DNA of 64,000 bases from Eledone cirrhosa. Its lineage: Eukaryota. The notes under the pieces were generated by a model that was not told the DNA's origin, did no database searches, and was given only the letters and a program-made list of their open reading frames with translations. Each line of letters opens with the position of its first letter. The stretch's first letter is position 1. The translations under genes and the position numbers were made by a program. Shown in pieces: positions 11,199 through 23,844 of this stretch. The DNA is taken from positions 353,028,001 through 353,092,000 of the forward strand of contig OZ024741.1 of NCBI GenBank assembly GCA_964016885.1, in the 5' to 3' direction.

Positions 11199-11449
11199 AT
11201 ATGTGTATGTGTGTCTATGACCAGTGTATATAGATCACGGACACCCACATATATATATATACACACACACATATATATATACATATATACACACACATTT
11301 ATATATATACATACACACACGTATATATATATGGGCCTTCCAGTTTCATTTCACATTATATACATGTCTGTGTATATTTTAATTATTTAAAAATTATTTT
11401 TAAGTGAACATGATTTTAAAAAATATTTTGAAGTGAACCTGACCCAACG

Positions 11450-11722
11450 GGCCACAGGTGGTCTAGTGTATTTTACACCTGGCGGAGCCAATACCTCACC
11501 ATGTCTGAACACAACCGATTTCTTCCAGAGAATGAGTGAGAGTGGTTGCGAGCAAGTGAGAAAGAGATATAAAAGAATCGAACTCAGTACAGACCTGGTC
11601 ATATATTTAAGGACGAAAGACGAAGTTACCTCTGGCAGGATTGAACTCAGCACACAGAGAACCGAGACGAACACCACAAATCATTCTAATCGACATTTTA
11701 ACTCTTCTGTCAATTCACCGCT
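11450..11722 (-). mobile_element. SINE family B copy (degenerate)
   Basis: CTGAACACAACCGATTTCTTCCAGAG ... GGATTTGAACTCAG ... CAATTCACCGC, shared with other family-B copies. Confidence 0.7.
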
Positions 11723-12064
11723 TTTTCCAATATAAAAACGAAGTACATTATAACATGCTGGTATTACAACAAACATCGGATTTCAAATACGAAATATAGT
11801 TCACAATAGGTTATTGTAACATGAGTCTTAAAGTATAAAGAAATGAGAGGATATTAAAGTGCTTGTACATTCTTTAAACTTATTTGCTTAGTGCTATCAC
11901 AATCACTTCAACTTTCTCTCCCCGAAGAAGTGTTTTGCTCAAAACCTTAGCCCCGAGGGGTTCCTCACAATATACACACATTGAAATCTGCAAACTTGTG
12001 AAATAATCTTTTTCTGTTGAAGACCACCATTAGTTTCCAAGAAGATGAAATGTATAGTGAATAC

Positions 12065-12512
<448 letters not shown>

Positions 12513-12822
12513 TATAACAGAATCTAAAAACATCTCACTAAGATCCTATGTTCTCTGGTTCTTTAATATGTATTAAAACGCTAAAAGATAGTGTAAAAAA
12601 AAACGAAATTTAAAAATAACAAAAACAATAAAATTTATGACTTAGATGAAAGACATCAGTATGATCCAATTTAATTAATTCCCACACTGATTTAAAGGTA
12701 CAGCGAACATCTCGCGTATTCCGTTGTGATTATAACATACAGGAATTATTTAGCCGATGTAATTTCAGCTTTTACAACAAGAGAAATGTGTTAAGAACTT
12801 TTTCAAAGGAGAATTTATATGA

Positions 12823-12861
<39 letters not shown>

Positions 12862-13002
12862 AAATGAAGAAGAAACAGCAGTAGCAGCAGAAGAAGAAAA
12901 ATGAAGGAGGAAGAAGAGAAGAAGATGATGATGATGATGATGCCGATGACAATGATGATGATGATGATGGTGAAGAAGAAGAAGAAAATGATGAAGATGA
13001 TA

Positions 13003-13034
<32 letters not shown>

Positions 13035-13222
13035 GAAGAAGATGATGATGATGATGATGATAATGAGGATGATGTTGTTGGTGGTGGTGGTGGTGAAGAA
13101 GAAAAACAGATGATGATGTTGAATAATAATAATAACAACAACAACAACAGCAATAATAATGATAATAATAATAATTAGAAGAAGAAGAAGAAGAAGAAGA
13201 AGATGAAGAAGAAGAAGAAGAA
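12823..13222. repeat. Compound trinucleotide microsatellite (AAC/GAT/GGT/GAA/AAT)
   Basis: Direct reading; explains spurious poly-M/poly-S ORFs. Confidence 0.95.
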
Positions 13223-13940
13223 AACTGACAATTCTTTCAATTTGAATGATGTTAGAGAGAAAAAATCATAATGATAAATATTCTGAAATTTGAAAAGGAA
13301 TGTGAAAAGCGACCTGTAAAGGAGTTATCCAAATATACATTATTTCATCAACAATGGTGAATGAAATATCTAGAATTTTAACAAAGCTAATGAGTAATGT
13401 GGAAAATCAACAATGGTTGAGGACAATAGCTAAGTATACTAAATAAGAATATGGTCGGTTCTGTCAAATGTAATATTAAAGGTTAATGGTTCATCGGGTT
13501 AGAACTTATCTCTGTTTCATTGGCGTTAAGCGATTGAGAATACAGTCCATCGTATGCTTTACCCCCAGCTGCTTTTGGTATTCATGTCCAGCTGTGTAGA
13601 CTGGAACAATGTGAAGTGAAGTGTTTTGCTCAAGATCACAATGTGTCGCCGTCCTATAGGTTCTAGCAAATGTAATATAATGAGTTGGAATACTTCAATC
13701 AACTGAAGATTTCCAGTAATTAGCATGCAAAGCTCCATCTACAAATATTTAAAATCTAAAAACAACAAGCAAAAGAGAGAATTTCTATAAAATCTGTTAC
13801 ATAGGTTCAACGTAACAAATATCTTTCTCAAGTAATATGAATAAGCTTGAACCGTAAATTGTAATTAGTTCGTGGATTTTATTGACCAGAACTTTAACCT
13901 CTATCCTCTTTTTTCCATCACCTATGTTTCTCAATTATTA

Positions 13941-14145
13941 TGGATTGGCAGTATCGGTAGAGGGTCAGACGCCATGCTTTACAGCATAGAGTTACGGCCT
14001 TTTATGATCTGAGTTCAAATCTCGCCGAGATTAACTTTGCCTTTCATCCTTAGGGGTCGATAAAATAAAGCACCAGTAATAAACTAGTGCTTTATATATA
14101 TGAGATAATTGCTGGCCTTGTGCCCAAAGTAGAAACAGTTATTTT
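13941..14145 (+). mobile_element. SINE family A copy
   Basis: Colinear with 8539-8730. Confidence 0.85.
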
Positions 14146-15299
14146 CTGCGCTTGGGACGCTCACATTTTCATATTTGAAACACCACCAGTGCTTCGATAA
14201 TTCATAGAGTTAATTCTTACTGTATAACGGTCACCATAGGGCACTGGATGTTCTATTCAATGTCGTAAACATCTCTTATCTGTCTGGCGCCTTAGAAGCT
14301 GAGACGAATTCAAACACTCTAGAATAAAGGCTGCTTTTACAAAAGAAAATGAAAACAGTTTCCTGTCTTTTCTTTTTCTTTTTAAAAGTACAAGGTCTTT
14401 ATTTTATTTTGATATCTGTTATACATAAACATATTATGACAATTATATTTTACAAACAGAAGTTATACAATGATGGAAATATTAACAAAAGATAAAAAAA
14501 CAAAATTAAGTAATGAAAAAAAACAAGGGGGAAAGGGTAAAGAAGGGCAGATCTGGCTGAATAGGAAAGTAGAGGAAAGGACTATAAATGCCATAAATGT
14601 GAAAAAAGGAGGGAAAGAGAAAGGACTCTTAGACAAAGGGAGAAAGAGAGGAGGAAGGGGAGAGGGTGACAGACTCTATAATCTTTATTTCTATATTTTT
14701 AAAATTACTAACATTGATATTAACCATTCACAAACTACGATATATAATAACATTTTATTAATAGCCTTATGTACTGGTACTCATGATTGTCTCCTTAATC
14801 CGATTATTACATCCATCAGATTGAATAGTGTTAACCGAATAAAAATACATCAAATTTTAATTGAAAATATCGTAGTACCTTTCAACAGAGTGTGATAAAT
14901 TGAAGTGTCTAATCCAGAAATAAAAGAAAATGTTTCTAATACATCAAAAACTCATTTTCTTCTATAAGATTATTTCAGGAAATGTCATACCTTTTTTCTA
15001 AGAACATCGTTTGACTATGTGCAAATAACAGGTGCTGATATTTGGAGCACCGAAGGGACATTTACATGAGCAATCCTTCAAGCAGACTTGTCAACTCTCA
15101 CCTCTCCGACGAGTTGATCTCCCACCTACTTTGGGGTAGGCGAGAGATGTATTCTCTTGTGAAAATAGGTATAGCTTTCATTATGCCCCATTTCTCTCCG
15201 TTTTGGGGCATTTTTTTCATGGTACACCCCGTTTGGGTTTTTAGAGGTTGGCAGGTCTGTTCAAGCAATATCTTTTTGTCTTAAATGCAGAGAGCTAAA

Positions 15300-15615
15300 G
15301 CAGCGAATTGGCAGAGTCGTTAGAATGACGTCTGATAAAATACTTTGCGGTATTCGTTTCGGTTCCTTGCGATCTCCGAGTTTAAATTCTGCCGAGATGA
15401 ATTTTGTCTTCCCTCATTTCGAGGTCGATAAAAAAGTACTAGTCAAATACTGAGGTCGAAATTTCCCCTTTATCTCTTACTTATTTCATCTATATCTCTT
15501 ACTTATTTCATCTATATCACCTTCTCTGGAAGAAATCGGCTATGTTCAGACCTGGAGAGGGATAGGCTACGCTTGGTTTAAAATTCCAGAGGTACCCCTC
15601 CACCAGGAGTTATAG
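15300..15615 (+). mobile_element. SINE family B copy (family-A-like head/body plus CT-rich spacer and a distinct 3' part ending CAGGAGTTA)
   Basis: GAATTGGCAGAGTCGTTAGAA head; GAGGTCGATAAA body; CTGGAAGAAATCGGCTATGTTCAGAC tail. Confidence 0.75.
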
Positions 15616-16170
15616 GTCTATGCATGCATGCAAAGAAGGTTACATTAGACAATATAGTACAGGGTATAGACGAGGCTAGTTAGAACGCAGGCCTAACCAA
15701 CTAAAGTTCACTAGGGCTAAACAACAACACCAACAGTCACGCACTGGGGTCGATTTAATAGTTTAAGGGAAGGAAAGGGCAAAGTACTTAACTAGTACTT
15801 TATTTTATCGACCAGAAAAGATAAAAGGCTTCAGCAAGATTTGAATTCAGAGCGTTAAATGAAATAACTAAATACTGCAAAGGCCTGTTACCCGACGCTC
15901 TACCAGTTCTACCAATCCACCACCCTTAAATATGCTATGATATTGATTAATTACATTAGTATAACACAACACATTTATAAAGGAAGGATACAGTCAATGG
16001 AATCGATCCCAGCATATTACTCTACACTTTTGCTTTCTATTAAATCTTGGAACGATAAAATATTTCTGACGTAATATTGGTTTCTTCTAACTCTCCACAA
16101 GACGTCAAGCTAGAGGATTAACATAATGTGTATACAACAGCATTGACATATATCACAGTATTAGCCTGAA

Positions 16171-16357
16171 ATAATTGTTTCTAGTTTTGGCACAAAGCCA
16201 GCAAATATCTCAGTGTATTACTGGTACTTTATTTTATCGACCCCGTAAGGATGAAAGGCAAAGTTAACCTCGGCGGGATTTGAACTCAGACCGTAAAGGA
16301 CCGTAACTCTATGCTGCAAAGCATGGTGTCCGACTCTACCGATACTGCCAATCCACT
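16171..16357 (-). mobile_element. SINE family A copy
   Basis: Reverse complement of 8539-8730. Confidence 0.85.
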
Positions 16358-16382
16358 GAAATAATGTATATCTGTATGAATC

Positions 16383-16715
16383 CGTAACTTCTGATGGAGT
16401 CGTAAAGGTGCAGTCCTGACATGGACACTTTAAATCTGGTTAGGGCCATCTTTTCTCAAGGCTGGAACATAGCCAGTTTCTTCGAGAGAGAGAGAGAGAA
16501 AGAAAGAGAAAAGGGGTGGGGGTGAGGGGGAAGAAGTGAGAAAGAATTATAGAGGAAGATTCAACCCCCAAAACGGGACTGATACCTTTTCTATCGACAT
16601 TAAAAAGATGAATGGCATAGTTGACCACGGCAGGATTTGAACTGAGAGAGCGTAGGGAGTCATAACGAACACTGCAAAACATTTCAGTCGTCGTTTTAAC
16701 CACCCTGCTAATTTT
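16383..16715 (-). mobile_element. SINE family B copy
   Basis: CGTAACTTCTGATGGAGTCGTA ... GA-rich middle ... GGATTTGAACTG. Confidence 0.75.
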
Positions 16716-16799
16716 CAGTACCCTGCAAGAGTAGGTTTTACAAAATTGAATACTGTGAGCTATACATAATGAGGTACTCTTCTGTCGGAAACGACTTAC

Positions 16800-17065
16800 G
16801 GGCGTTAGGCTGTTCGATCAACTGAACAGGCTATTCACTGAATCATCGTGGATGAGTATTCCATAAAAACGTGTACCCAACATGACACGGCAGTCTGTGT
16901 CACAGTATGACAAGGTTATATCTTCGAATTACAGGTACAGTCCTGTCCAGTTTCACTCACAAGATATAGGTTGAACCTTGGTAGATGACACGTGATCAAT
17001 AAGACTAGAATGGGACTGTACCGCGGATCTCATGATTGCAAAGCACACTTCTTAACCACCCAACT
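16800..17065 (-). mobile_element. SINE family C copy (tRNA-type head; related copies near 19215-19880, 27268-27438, 45500-45740)
   Basis: Shared GAGTATTCCA..GTGTACCC..GTGACAAG..GAATTACAGGTACA body and CTTAACCAC head on the minus strand. Confidence 0.6.
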
Positions 17066-18216
17066 GCTGTACAACAAACGGTTATTAGAATCATCTAATC
17101 AACAAAAAAGTGAGGTGGAGTTTGTCTAACCGGACTGAGGAAACAATGTTTCCATTGGTCTTTCCAAATGCTAATACTTACCGGTCGCAAATCCAGACAG
17201 AGGTCATAACGCATCGCTGGGTCCGGGAATCGAGCTCACAACCTCACAATTGAGAATCCAATTCTCTAACCACTCGGCCACGCGCCTTCTTCTATGCCTT
17301 CTATGCATTTATGCCTTTCCTAAAATATATTAAAGGTCTGACTGAAGTAAACTTTCATCCACCTAGAATCGAAACTGGGTCTTAACCATCGAGATATTTT
17401 AATCTTTGTTTACGGTACTCACGGAATATACTAATTATGATTTATAAACCCAAACAGACAGTTTATATTTTCTTTTGATTTCCACGTTAAAAACAAAACA
17501 AAACAACCAAAGATAAAAAACAAAACAAATATTAATCTGTAGCGCCACAATAATTTATAAGTGAGTTGCATTAAACTAGTTTAAACCTTTCATCTGACAA
17601 ATCTGTTTGGCTGCGTGTTTTTTTCTTTATCATATATTCTTTTAATGCTACATTTTCAAATCAAAACCGAAGTCATTTGCCAAAATCTAAGTCCCCGTGT
17701 AGTCTCTTTAAATTTGCTATTCGATCAGTAAACCTTCACTCAACACGCTCAATTCTATCAAAACTTAAGCATGAAAAAACGAACGAACAAACAAAGAATA
17801 AAGCGGAAAACAAACAAACAACAACAACAACAACAAACAAAGAACGAAAGAAACATTGAGAAGTAAGAAAATAGAAAAGAATTGCAGTTCATCCATTGGA
17901 GGAATGGAAATTTCTAGAAATTAATTTATCTCTCCTTCAGTGTGCTAAATAAAACTTCCCTATCAATAAAAGCGAGAATGTTCTAAGGCAGACAAACGAT
18001 TGAATACTATTCTCACGACCAGAGCAGCATTTCTCCTCTTATGTCTGCCGTCGATATTCAGAATTGCTTTGGAAATCTAACGGATCAATGGTTAACTTTA
18101 TTGACCGGACTCACACACACGCCGTCCGTTGTTCACAAGACAAAATGTCTCATAGCATCTATATTTCTTTTCTTTTCTTTTTCTTTTCTTCTGATATTTA
18201 CACGAACCAGTTTTGT

Positions 18217-18500
18217 TTCTTCTTCTTCTTCTTCTTCTTCTTCTTCTTCTTCTTCTTCTTCTTCTTCTTCTAAAATTTCCACTATTACTTCTATTTCCTC
18301 ACGTTACCGACACCACTATCAGCAGCAACAGCAGCCGCAACGTTAGACCCGCCCCACACACACACCACTACCATCATCATCATCATTATCATCATCATCG
18401 TCATCATCATCAGCAGCAGCAGCATCATTGTCATCATCATCATCACCAGCAACAACAGCCGCAACGTTACCACCACCACCACCACCACCACCACCAGCAA

Positions 18501-18547
<47 letters not shown>

Positions 18548-18565
18548 CCATCGCCATCGTCATCG

Positions 18566-18621
<56 letters not shown>

Positions 18622-18700
18622 GTTATCATCATCATCATCATCATCATCGTCATCATCATCATCATCATCACCGTCATCATCAGAAGCAACATCAACAACA
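18217..18700. repeat. (TTC)n plus (CAT/CAC/CAG)n microsatellite complex
   Basis: Direct reading; source of poly-His/poly-Met ORFs. Confidence 0.95.
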
Positions 18701-18956
18701 TTTTTTCCAATCAGTTATTCTCTTTGTATCGCTTCAAAACTCCATGACTAATCAAATAAGCATTTTGCTCGGCTAACTTTTAATCCTCAATAATATAGCG
18801 TGACGGGAGATCTAGACGTTGGATGATTCTGCAAGCTAGGTTCAAATTATGGTTGAAGCTAGTTGTGTTTCTTTCAGGCGTTTGTGAATAGATTATGTTA
18901 CACAGCTGTCGATTCCGACCAAGAATGTTACAGTTGTTAGCACAACGGAACAACTT

Positions 18957-19205
18957 CTGCTTCTTCTTCTTCGCTCACTTATTCCTGAGAGGGTCATGGG
19001 GGCAGTCCTCAAATACTCCTTCCGGCAGGTCCTGTCAGAAGTGACCGTCTCCAACTGATCTGGCTGGTTCCCCAAGTGAGACCTGCCGAGCTCATGGATG
19101 TTATCCAACCATCTTGTTCGGTGTCTACCCCTGGGTCTCCTGCAGGTTTTGCCCGTAACATCGGTCCAACGATTCTTTCCTAAGACATTCTAACCACATG
19201 CCCAT
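18957..19205 (-). mobile_element. RTE-clade LINE 3' terminal fragment with (GAA)n tail
   Basis: Minus strand reads GHVVRM...RRPRGRHRTRWLDNIHELG...LETVTSDR, the typical RTE C-terminus, followed by (GAA)n. Confidence 0.75.
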
Positions 19206-20003
19206 TGTGAAGTTAATACGCAAGTAGCTGAACATTTCATAGCCACGTGTATCCTTCATGTAGTTCTCAGGGAAATTTAGCGTGACAAAAGTGTGACAAA
19301 ACTGGATTTTTGAATTGCAGGTACTAACCTGGCTCTTTACCCGCTGAGTTGATTGTACAAGGTGTGCATATATCGAACAAGGGCATTAGTTGGAATGAAT
19401 TCCGTACAGGGTGGACCACGTTAAGGGTGCAATATCTCAACCAAGACCTCGTCCCGGACTTTACATTTAAACCAGCGGACTTTCACCTTCCCAGAAAGCA
19501 ATGAGTGTCCATTAATAGGATCCGCACAACACATGCCAGGACAGCCCATCATCTCCATCGATGGAAACTGAAAGACCAGCATGTGACTGTGGGGACCCTA
19601 CCAGAGAGTACTGCATGTTGTTCGGGATTGCCTCCTCAGATGTTTTCCCGGCGGCTTGGAGGCAATCAATAATACTGTAAATGGTCTGGCTAGCCGGGCG
19701 ACTTGCCTCTCTAACTATTGTGTATATGTCATACGACAAGAAGAACCTGCTGAGTAGACTAGAACAACGTGAAATCAAGTGCCTTTCACAAAGGCGCAAG
19801 GTGCCACAGGGAGTCGAACTCACGAACTTGTGATTACCAACCAAACACCCGAAGCACTAAGCCATGAACCTTCACTCAACGATATGAACCTAATACAATT
19901 TCATTTCGTTTTTTGTGACCAATATGTAAGAAGAAAATACATAGAAATATATATAAACTACGGCCGTCATTCGCATTATTGTTATTATTAGATATTTCAA
20001 AAT

Positions 20004-20214
20004 GGCGGTGGATTGGCAGTATCGGTAAAGCGTCGTACACCATACTCCGCAGCGTAGAATTACGGCTCTTTACGATCTGAGTTCAAATCCCGCCGAGGTT
20101 AACTTTGCCTTTCATCACTATGGGGTCGATAAATAAAGCACCAGTAATGCCCTGGATTGATTTAATCGACCACCCCCCCCCCACTCCGCTTCAAATTGCT
20201 GGCCTCGTGGCTAA
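20004..20214 (+). mobile_element. SINE family A copy
   Basis: GGCGGTGGATTGGCAGTATCGG ... GAGTTCAAATCCCGCC ... GGGGTCGATAAATAAAGCACCAG. Confidence 0.85.
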
Positions 20215-20941
20215 TATTTCAAGGGAAATTGTAGAATGGTTTAAACAACGTGCTAGGAGCATATTAATAGTATTGTTATTCAAGCTCTCTGTTCTTATTA
20301 AAGAATGTTAAATATTAGATAACAAATATCAACAAATTGCAATTCCTTTCGAGTAAACATGCAGTAAAACGTTTTATCATAAGTGTGGATAAACAGTACA
20401 AAAGCTACCAGTGTCACTCGCAATCAAATATAATTTCATACTTTATATCATCCTTCCGTTCAGGTTTTAGGATCCCATGCAGTCGCAATCTGACTCAGAC
20501 AAAATCTCAGCCTTTCCTCACTTGATCCAGCGGAACATCCAGGATGTGAACCCTGGAAGGAGAGTGAACTGTATCAGTACTGAGCTTTCTTCTTCCTTTA
20601 TCTAACAACATAGTGTACATTGTGTGTAACATTCGACCGTTGTTTGTGTGTAAACATTGAATGCAAGAGGTGGCATGCTAGAGTGTCGACGTGGGATAAT
20701 TATTTGAAGTAAATATCATTTTCAAATGAACTTCAACTAAGCAATTCTAAAAATACCACAAAACTCTTAAATCAATCAATGAAATTATTATAGACTGAAT
20801 TTTCCCCCATAACTTGTATATTTAGCCCACTTTGTTAGAATGCCCAAATTAATCTATTCACGCCTAGAGGGAAATCAGGGAACTCGACATTTTGTTAGCG
20901 GAATTTGAAGTCAATTTTGAATCGGTATGAATGCATGGATC

Positions 20942-21247
20942 CGTAACTCCTGATGGAGTCGTACGCAGCTGATTTCTTTTAGAGGAGAAGGAGAAAGAGA
21001 GAGAGAGAGAGGGGGAGGGGAGTATGTGTGAAAGAGAGTGAGAAAGAGAGAGGAGGTGTATGTGTGAAAGAGACGAAGTGAAAAAAGATATATAGAGAAA
21101 GAATCAACCCCAGTACTGGATTGGTACATTTTTTTATCGATCACAAGATGATGAAGGCGTAGTTAACCACGACCAATTTTGAACGCAGCGTAGAGAGAGC
21201 TGAGACGAGTACCGCAAAGCTTTCTATTCTATCCGACGTTCTAACGC
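20942..21247 (-). mobile_element. SINE family B copy
   Basis: Same architecture as 16383-16715. Confidence 0.75.
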
Positions 21248-21282
21248 ACCATCCTGAAAGTGAATCTCAAAGACTGAATTAA

Positions 21283-21491
21283 AATAATAATTGTTTCTAC
21301 TTTTGGCACAAGGCCACAAATTACCCAGTACATTACTGGTACTTTATTTTATCGACCCCGTAAGGATGAAAGGCAAAGTTAACCTCGGCGGGATTTGAAC
21401 TCAGAATGGGCCGTAACTCTCTGCGTCAAAGGGCCGTAACTCTCTGCGTCAAAGCATGGCGTCTGACCCTCTACCGATACTGCCAATCCAC
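21283..21491 (-). mobile_element. SINE family A copy with internal 23-bp tandem duplication
   Basis: GGGCCGTAACTCTCTGCGTCAAA occurs twice at 21408-21453. Confidence 0.85.
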
Positions 21492-21690
21492 AATGGTTGC
21501 TGTTTTGGAAGCATAGAAATATCAGTGTGGGTGTGTGTATATATATATATATATACACGCTGTTTACCTTTTACATACACACATATATATATATATATAT
21601 ATATGTGTATGTAAAAGGTAAACAGAAATAACAACACAATCGGTACAGTATATGGAAGGTATATATTAGGTTAACGCTTGATATAACAGG

Positions 21691-21740
<50 letters not shown>

Positions 21741-21946
21741 TTTCTGAATTTGTTTAGCAAGATTCTTTATCTGAAAACGTGTGTTGAAACCGATATTGTT
21801 ATACTTTGGGAGGGTCATGTTGCCAATCAGAATCACACGCACCAGTTGCTTTCACTTCAATTTATTATAATAAATTTATAAATTTAGGAATTTATAAATT
21901 TCCGGTTGGTTGGTTGGTTCCACAACCAGATGGTTGTTTATATATT

Positions 21947-21989
21947 GTCAAAGTTCTTTCGTCACACATTCTATGACCTCTTCAGTGAC
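21947..21989 (-). ncRNA. Minimal type I hammerhead ribozyme motif (left PLE arm; one stem II change)
   Basis: Reverse complement: GTCA CTGAAGA G GTCATA GAATG TGTGAC GAAA GAAC TT TGAC. Confidence 0.65.
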
Positions 21990-22509
21990 TGGGGATTCTT
22001 TTCTTTGTTTTTTGTTTTTTGTTTTTTGTGCCTCTCCTTTGTTCTGTCCTACGCCATCTTGTTTTTGTGTGTGTGTTGTGTGCTTAGTTTGCGCATGTGT
22101 TACACCCGGGTGTCTGTGTGTGTTTATATGCGTTTATTTATTTGTTTATTTACATGTTACTGATTGTTTGTTTGTTCTATGTGCGTGTGTGTTTTCATTT
22201 TGTCCTTAATTGTAAGTTGTGATGTTGCTGTTCCACTCATGTTTTCTATTTAATTTTGGTTGTAATTCATTTATGTTTATTGCCTCTGTTATTTGTGTGT
22301 AGATTCTATTTTTATTTCTATGTTCTCTAATTTACCCTTATGTTCTATTTTAGCATGTTGGTAGAGTACAGATGATTCTTTACTATCTTGAAGGTCTCGC
22401 CAGTGTTCATTTATCCGTTCCCCTATACTACGAGCTGTCTCACCTATGTACACTATATTTTTATTTCTACATTGTCCTTCAGTACATCTTATGCTATATA
22501 CTACATTTC

Positions 22510-22977
22510 AAACTCAATATTAAGATAGTAGAAAGACCAGGTACCTCCATAAAAACACTTATTAGCAAGACATACCCTTTTCAAAGACCTCCCTGTATAG
22601 ATAAGAAATGTATAATCTGTAAATCAAGCCCCCATATTAACTGTAAAACTAGAAATGTAGTATATAGCATAAGATGTACTGAAGGACAATGTAGAGATAA
22701 ACATATAGTGTACATAGGTGAGACAGCTCGTAGTATAGGGGAACGGATAAATGAACACTGGCGAGACCTTCAAGATAGTAAAGAATCATCTGTACTCTAC
22801 CAACATGCTAAAATAGAACATAAGGGTAAATTAGAGAACATAGAAATAAAAATAGAATCTACACACAGAAAAGACGCAATGTTTAGACAAATCACAGAGG
22901 CAATAAACATAAATGAATTACAACCAAAATTAAATAGAAAATATGAGTGGAACAGCAACATCACAACTTATAATTAA
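22510..22977 (+). pseudogene. PLE GIY-YIG endonuclease domain (5'-truncated; the 22372 start is an inversion artefact)
   Basis: CIDKKCIIC, NVVYSIRC...VYIGETARSIGERINEH, HAKIEH, EAININELQPKLN. Confidence 0.9.
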
Positions 22978-23200
22978 GGACAACATGAAAACACACACGC
23001 ACATAGAACAAACAACCAACCAGTAACATGTAAATAAACAAATAAATAAACGAATATAAACACACACAGACACCCGGATGTAACACATGCGCAAACCAAG
23101 CACACAACACACACACAAAAACAAGATGGCGTAGGAAAGAACAAAGGAGAGGCACAAAAAACAAAAAACAAAAAACAAAAAACAAAGAAAAGAATCCCCA

Positions 23201-23243
23201 GTCACTGAAGAGGTCACAGAATGTGTGACGAAAGAACTTTGAC
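23201..23243 (+). ncRNA. Minimal type I hammerhead ribozyme motif in PLE pLTR
   Basis: Stem I GTCA/TGAC; CTGAAGA 23205-23211; stem II GTCACA/TGTGAC; GAAA 23230-23233; tiny stem III; CUU triplet. Confidence 0.8.
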
Positions 23244-23416
23244 AATATATAAACAACCATCTGGTTGTGGAACCAACCAACCAACCGGAAATTTATAAAT
23301 TCCTAAATTTATAAATTTATTATAATAAATTGAAGTGAAAGCAACTGGTGCGTGTGTTTGTTATTGGCAACATGACCCTCCCAAAGTATAACAATACATA
23401 TTATATATATATATTC

Positions 23417-23564
23417 AATAAGAAAAGAGTAAGGACCTCGACGGCTGAGCTCCGGCCGTTTCGAGAGATAGATCCGAACTTTTCCTTACCCACTCTACTA
23501 CCCTAAGTATCGAGTACTCTGGTGCGTTATGGTCTGCACCTGGTATCTTACCACACCGTCTTTG

Positions 23565-23568
<4 letters not shown>
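23417..23568. mobile_element. Short (TA)n-inserted element (family also at 33617-33703 and 58721-58916)
   Basis: GGACC(T/C)CGACGGCTGAGCTC..GCCGTTTCGA and TATGGT..CACCTGGT..CTTACCACA are shared by three copies, each between (TA)n tracts. Confidence 0.75.
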
Positions 23569-23604
<36 letters not shown>

Positions 23605-23844
23605 CGGCGATGAATTAGTTTTGCGAGGTTTTTTATATGAAATCGTGTGTCGAAACAGATATTGTTATATTTGGGGAGGGTCATATTTGCGTAATATTGC
23701 CAGAATTAATAACAGAACACACTCACTGTTTGGTTGGTTTTCGCTTCTCGCTGTCTTTTATATATATATATCTGCGATCTAACTTACTCGGTCCTCAATG
23801 TTGCCATTGACTGACCGGCGGTCAAAAATAAATATTCAATATAT

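Larger units (their letters stand above)
21739..23397. mobile_element. Penelope-like element (PLE), 5'-truncated with inverted copy (palindromic), inserted in (TA)n
   Basis: 21794-22508 is the reverse complement of about 22653-23396 (one 22-bp deletion on the left arm); GIY-YIG ORF; hammerhead motif in each arm; (TA)n on both flanks. Confidence 0.92.

Noticed and set aside
18213-18776. Poly-His/poly-Ser/poly-Met ORFs (also 12815-13153 and 49949-50329)
   Set aside because: Translations of trinucleotide microsatellites; open in several frames and strands; no non-repetitive domain.
22372-22509. Hydrophobic N-terminus fused to GIY-YIG ORF
   Set aside because: It is the antisense of the inverted PLE arm read across the inversion junction.
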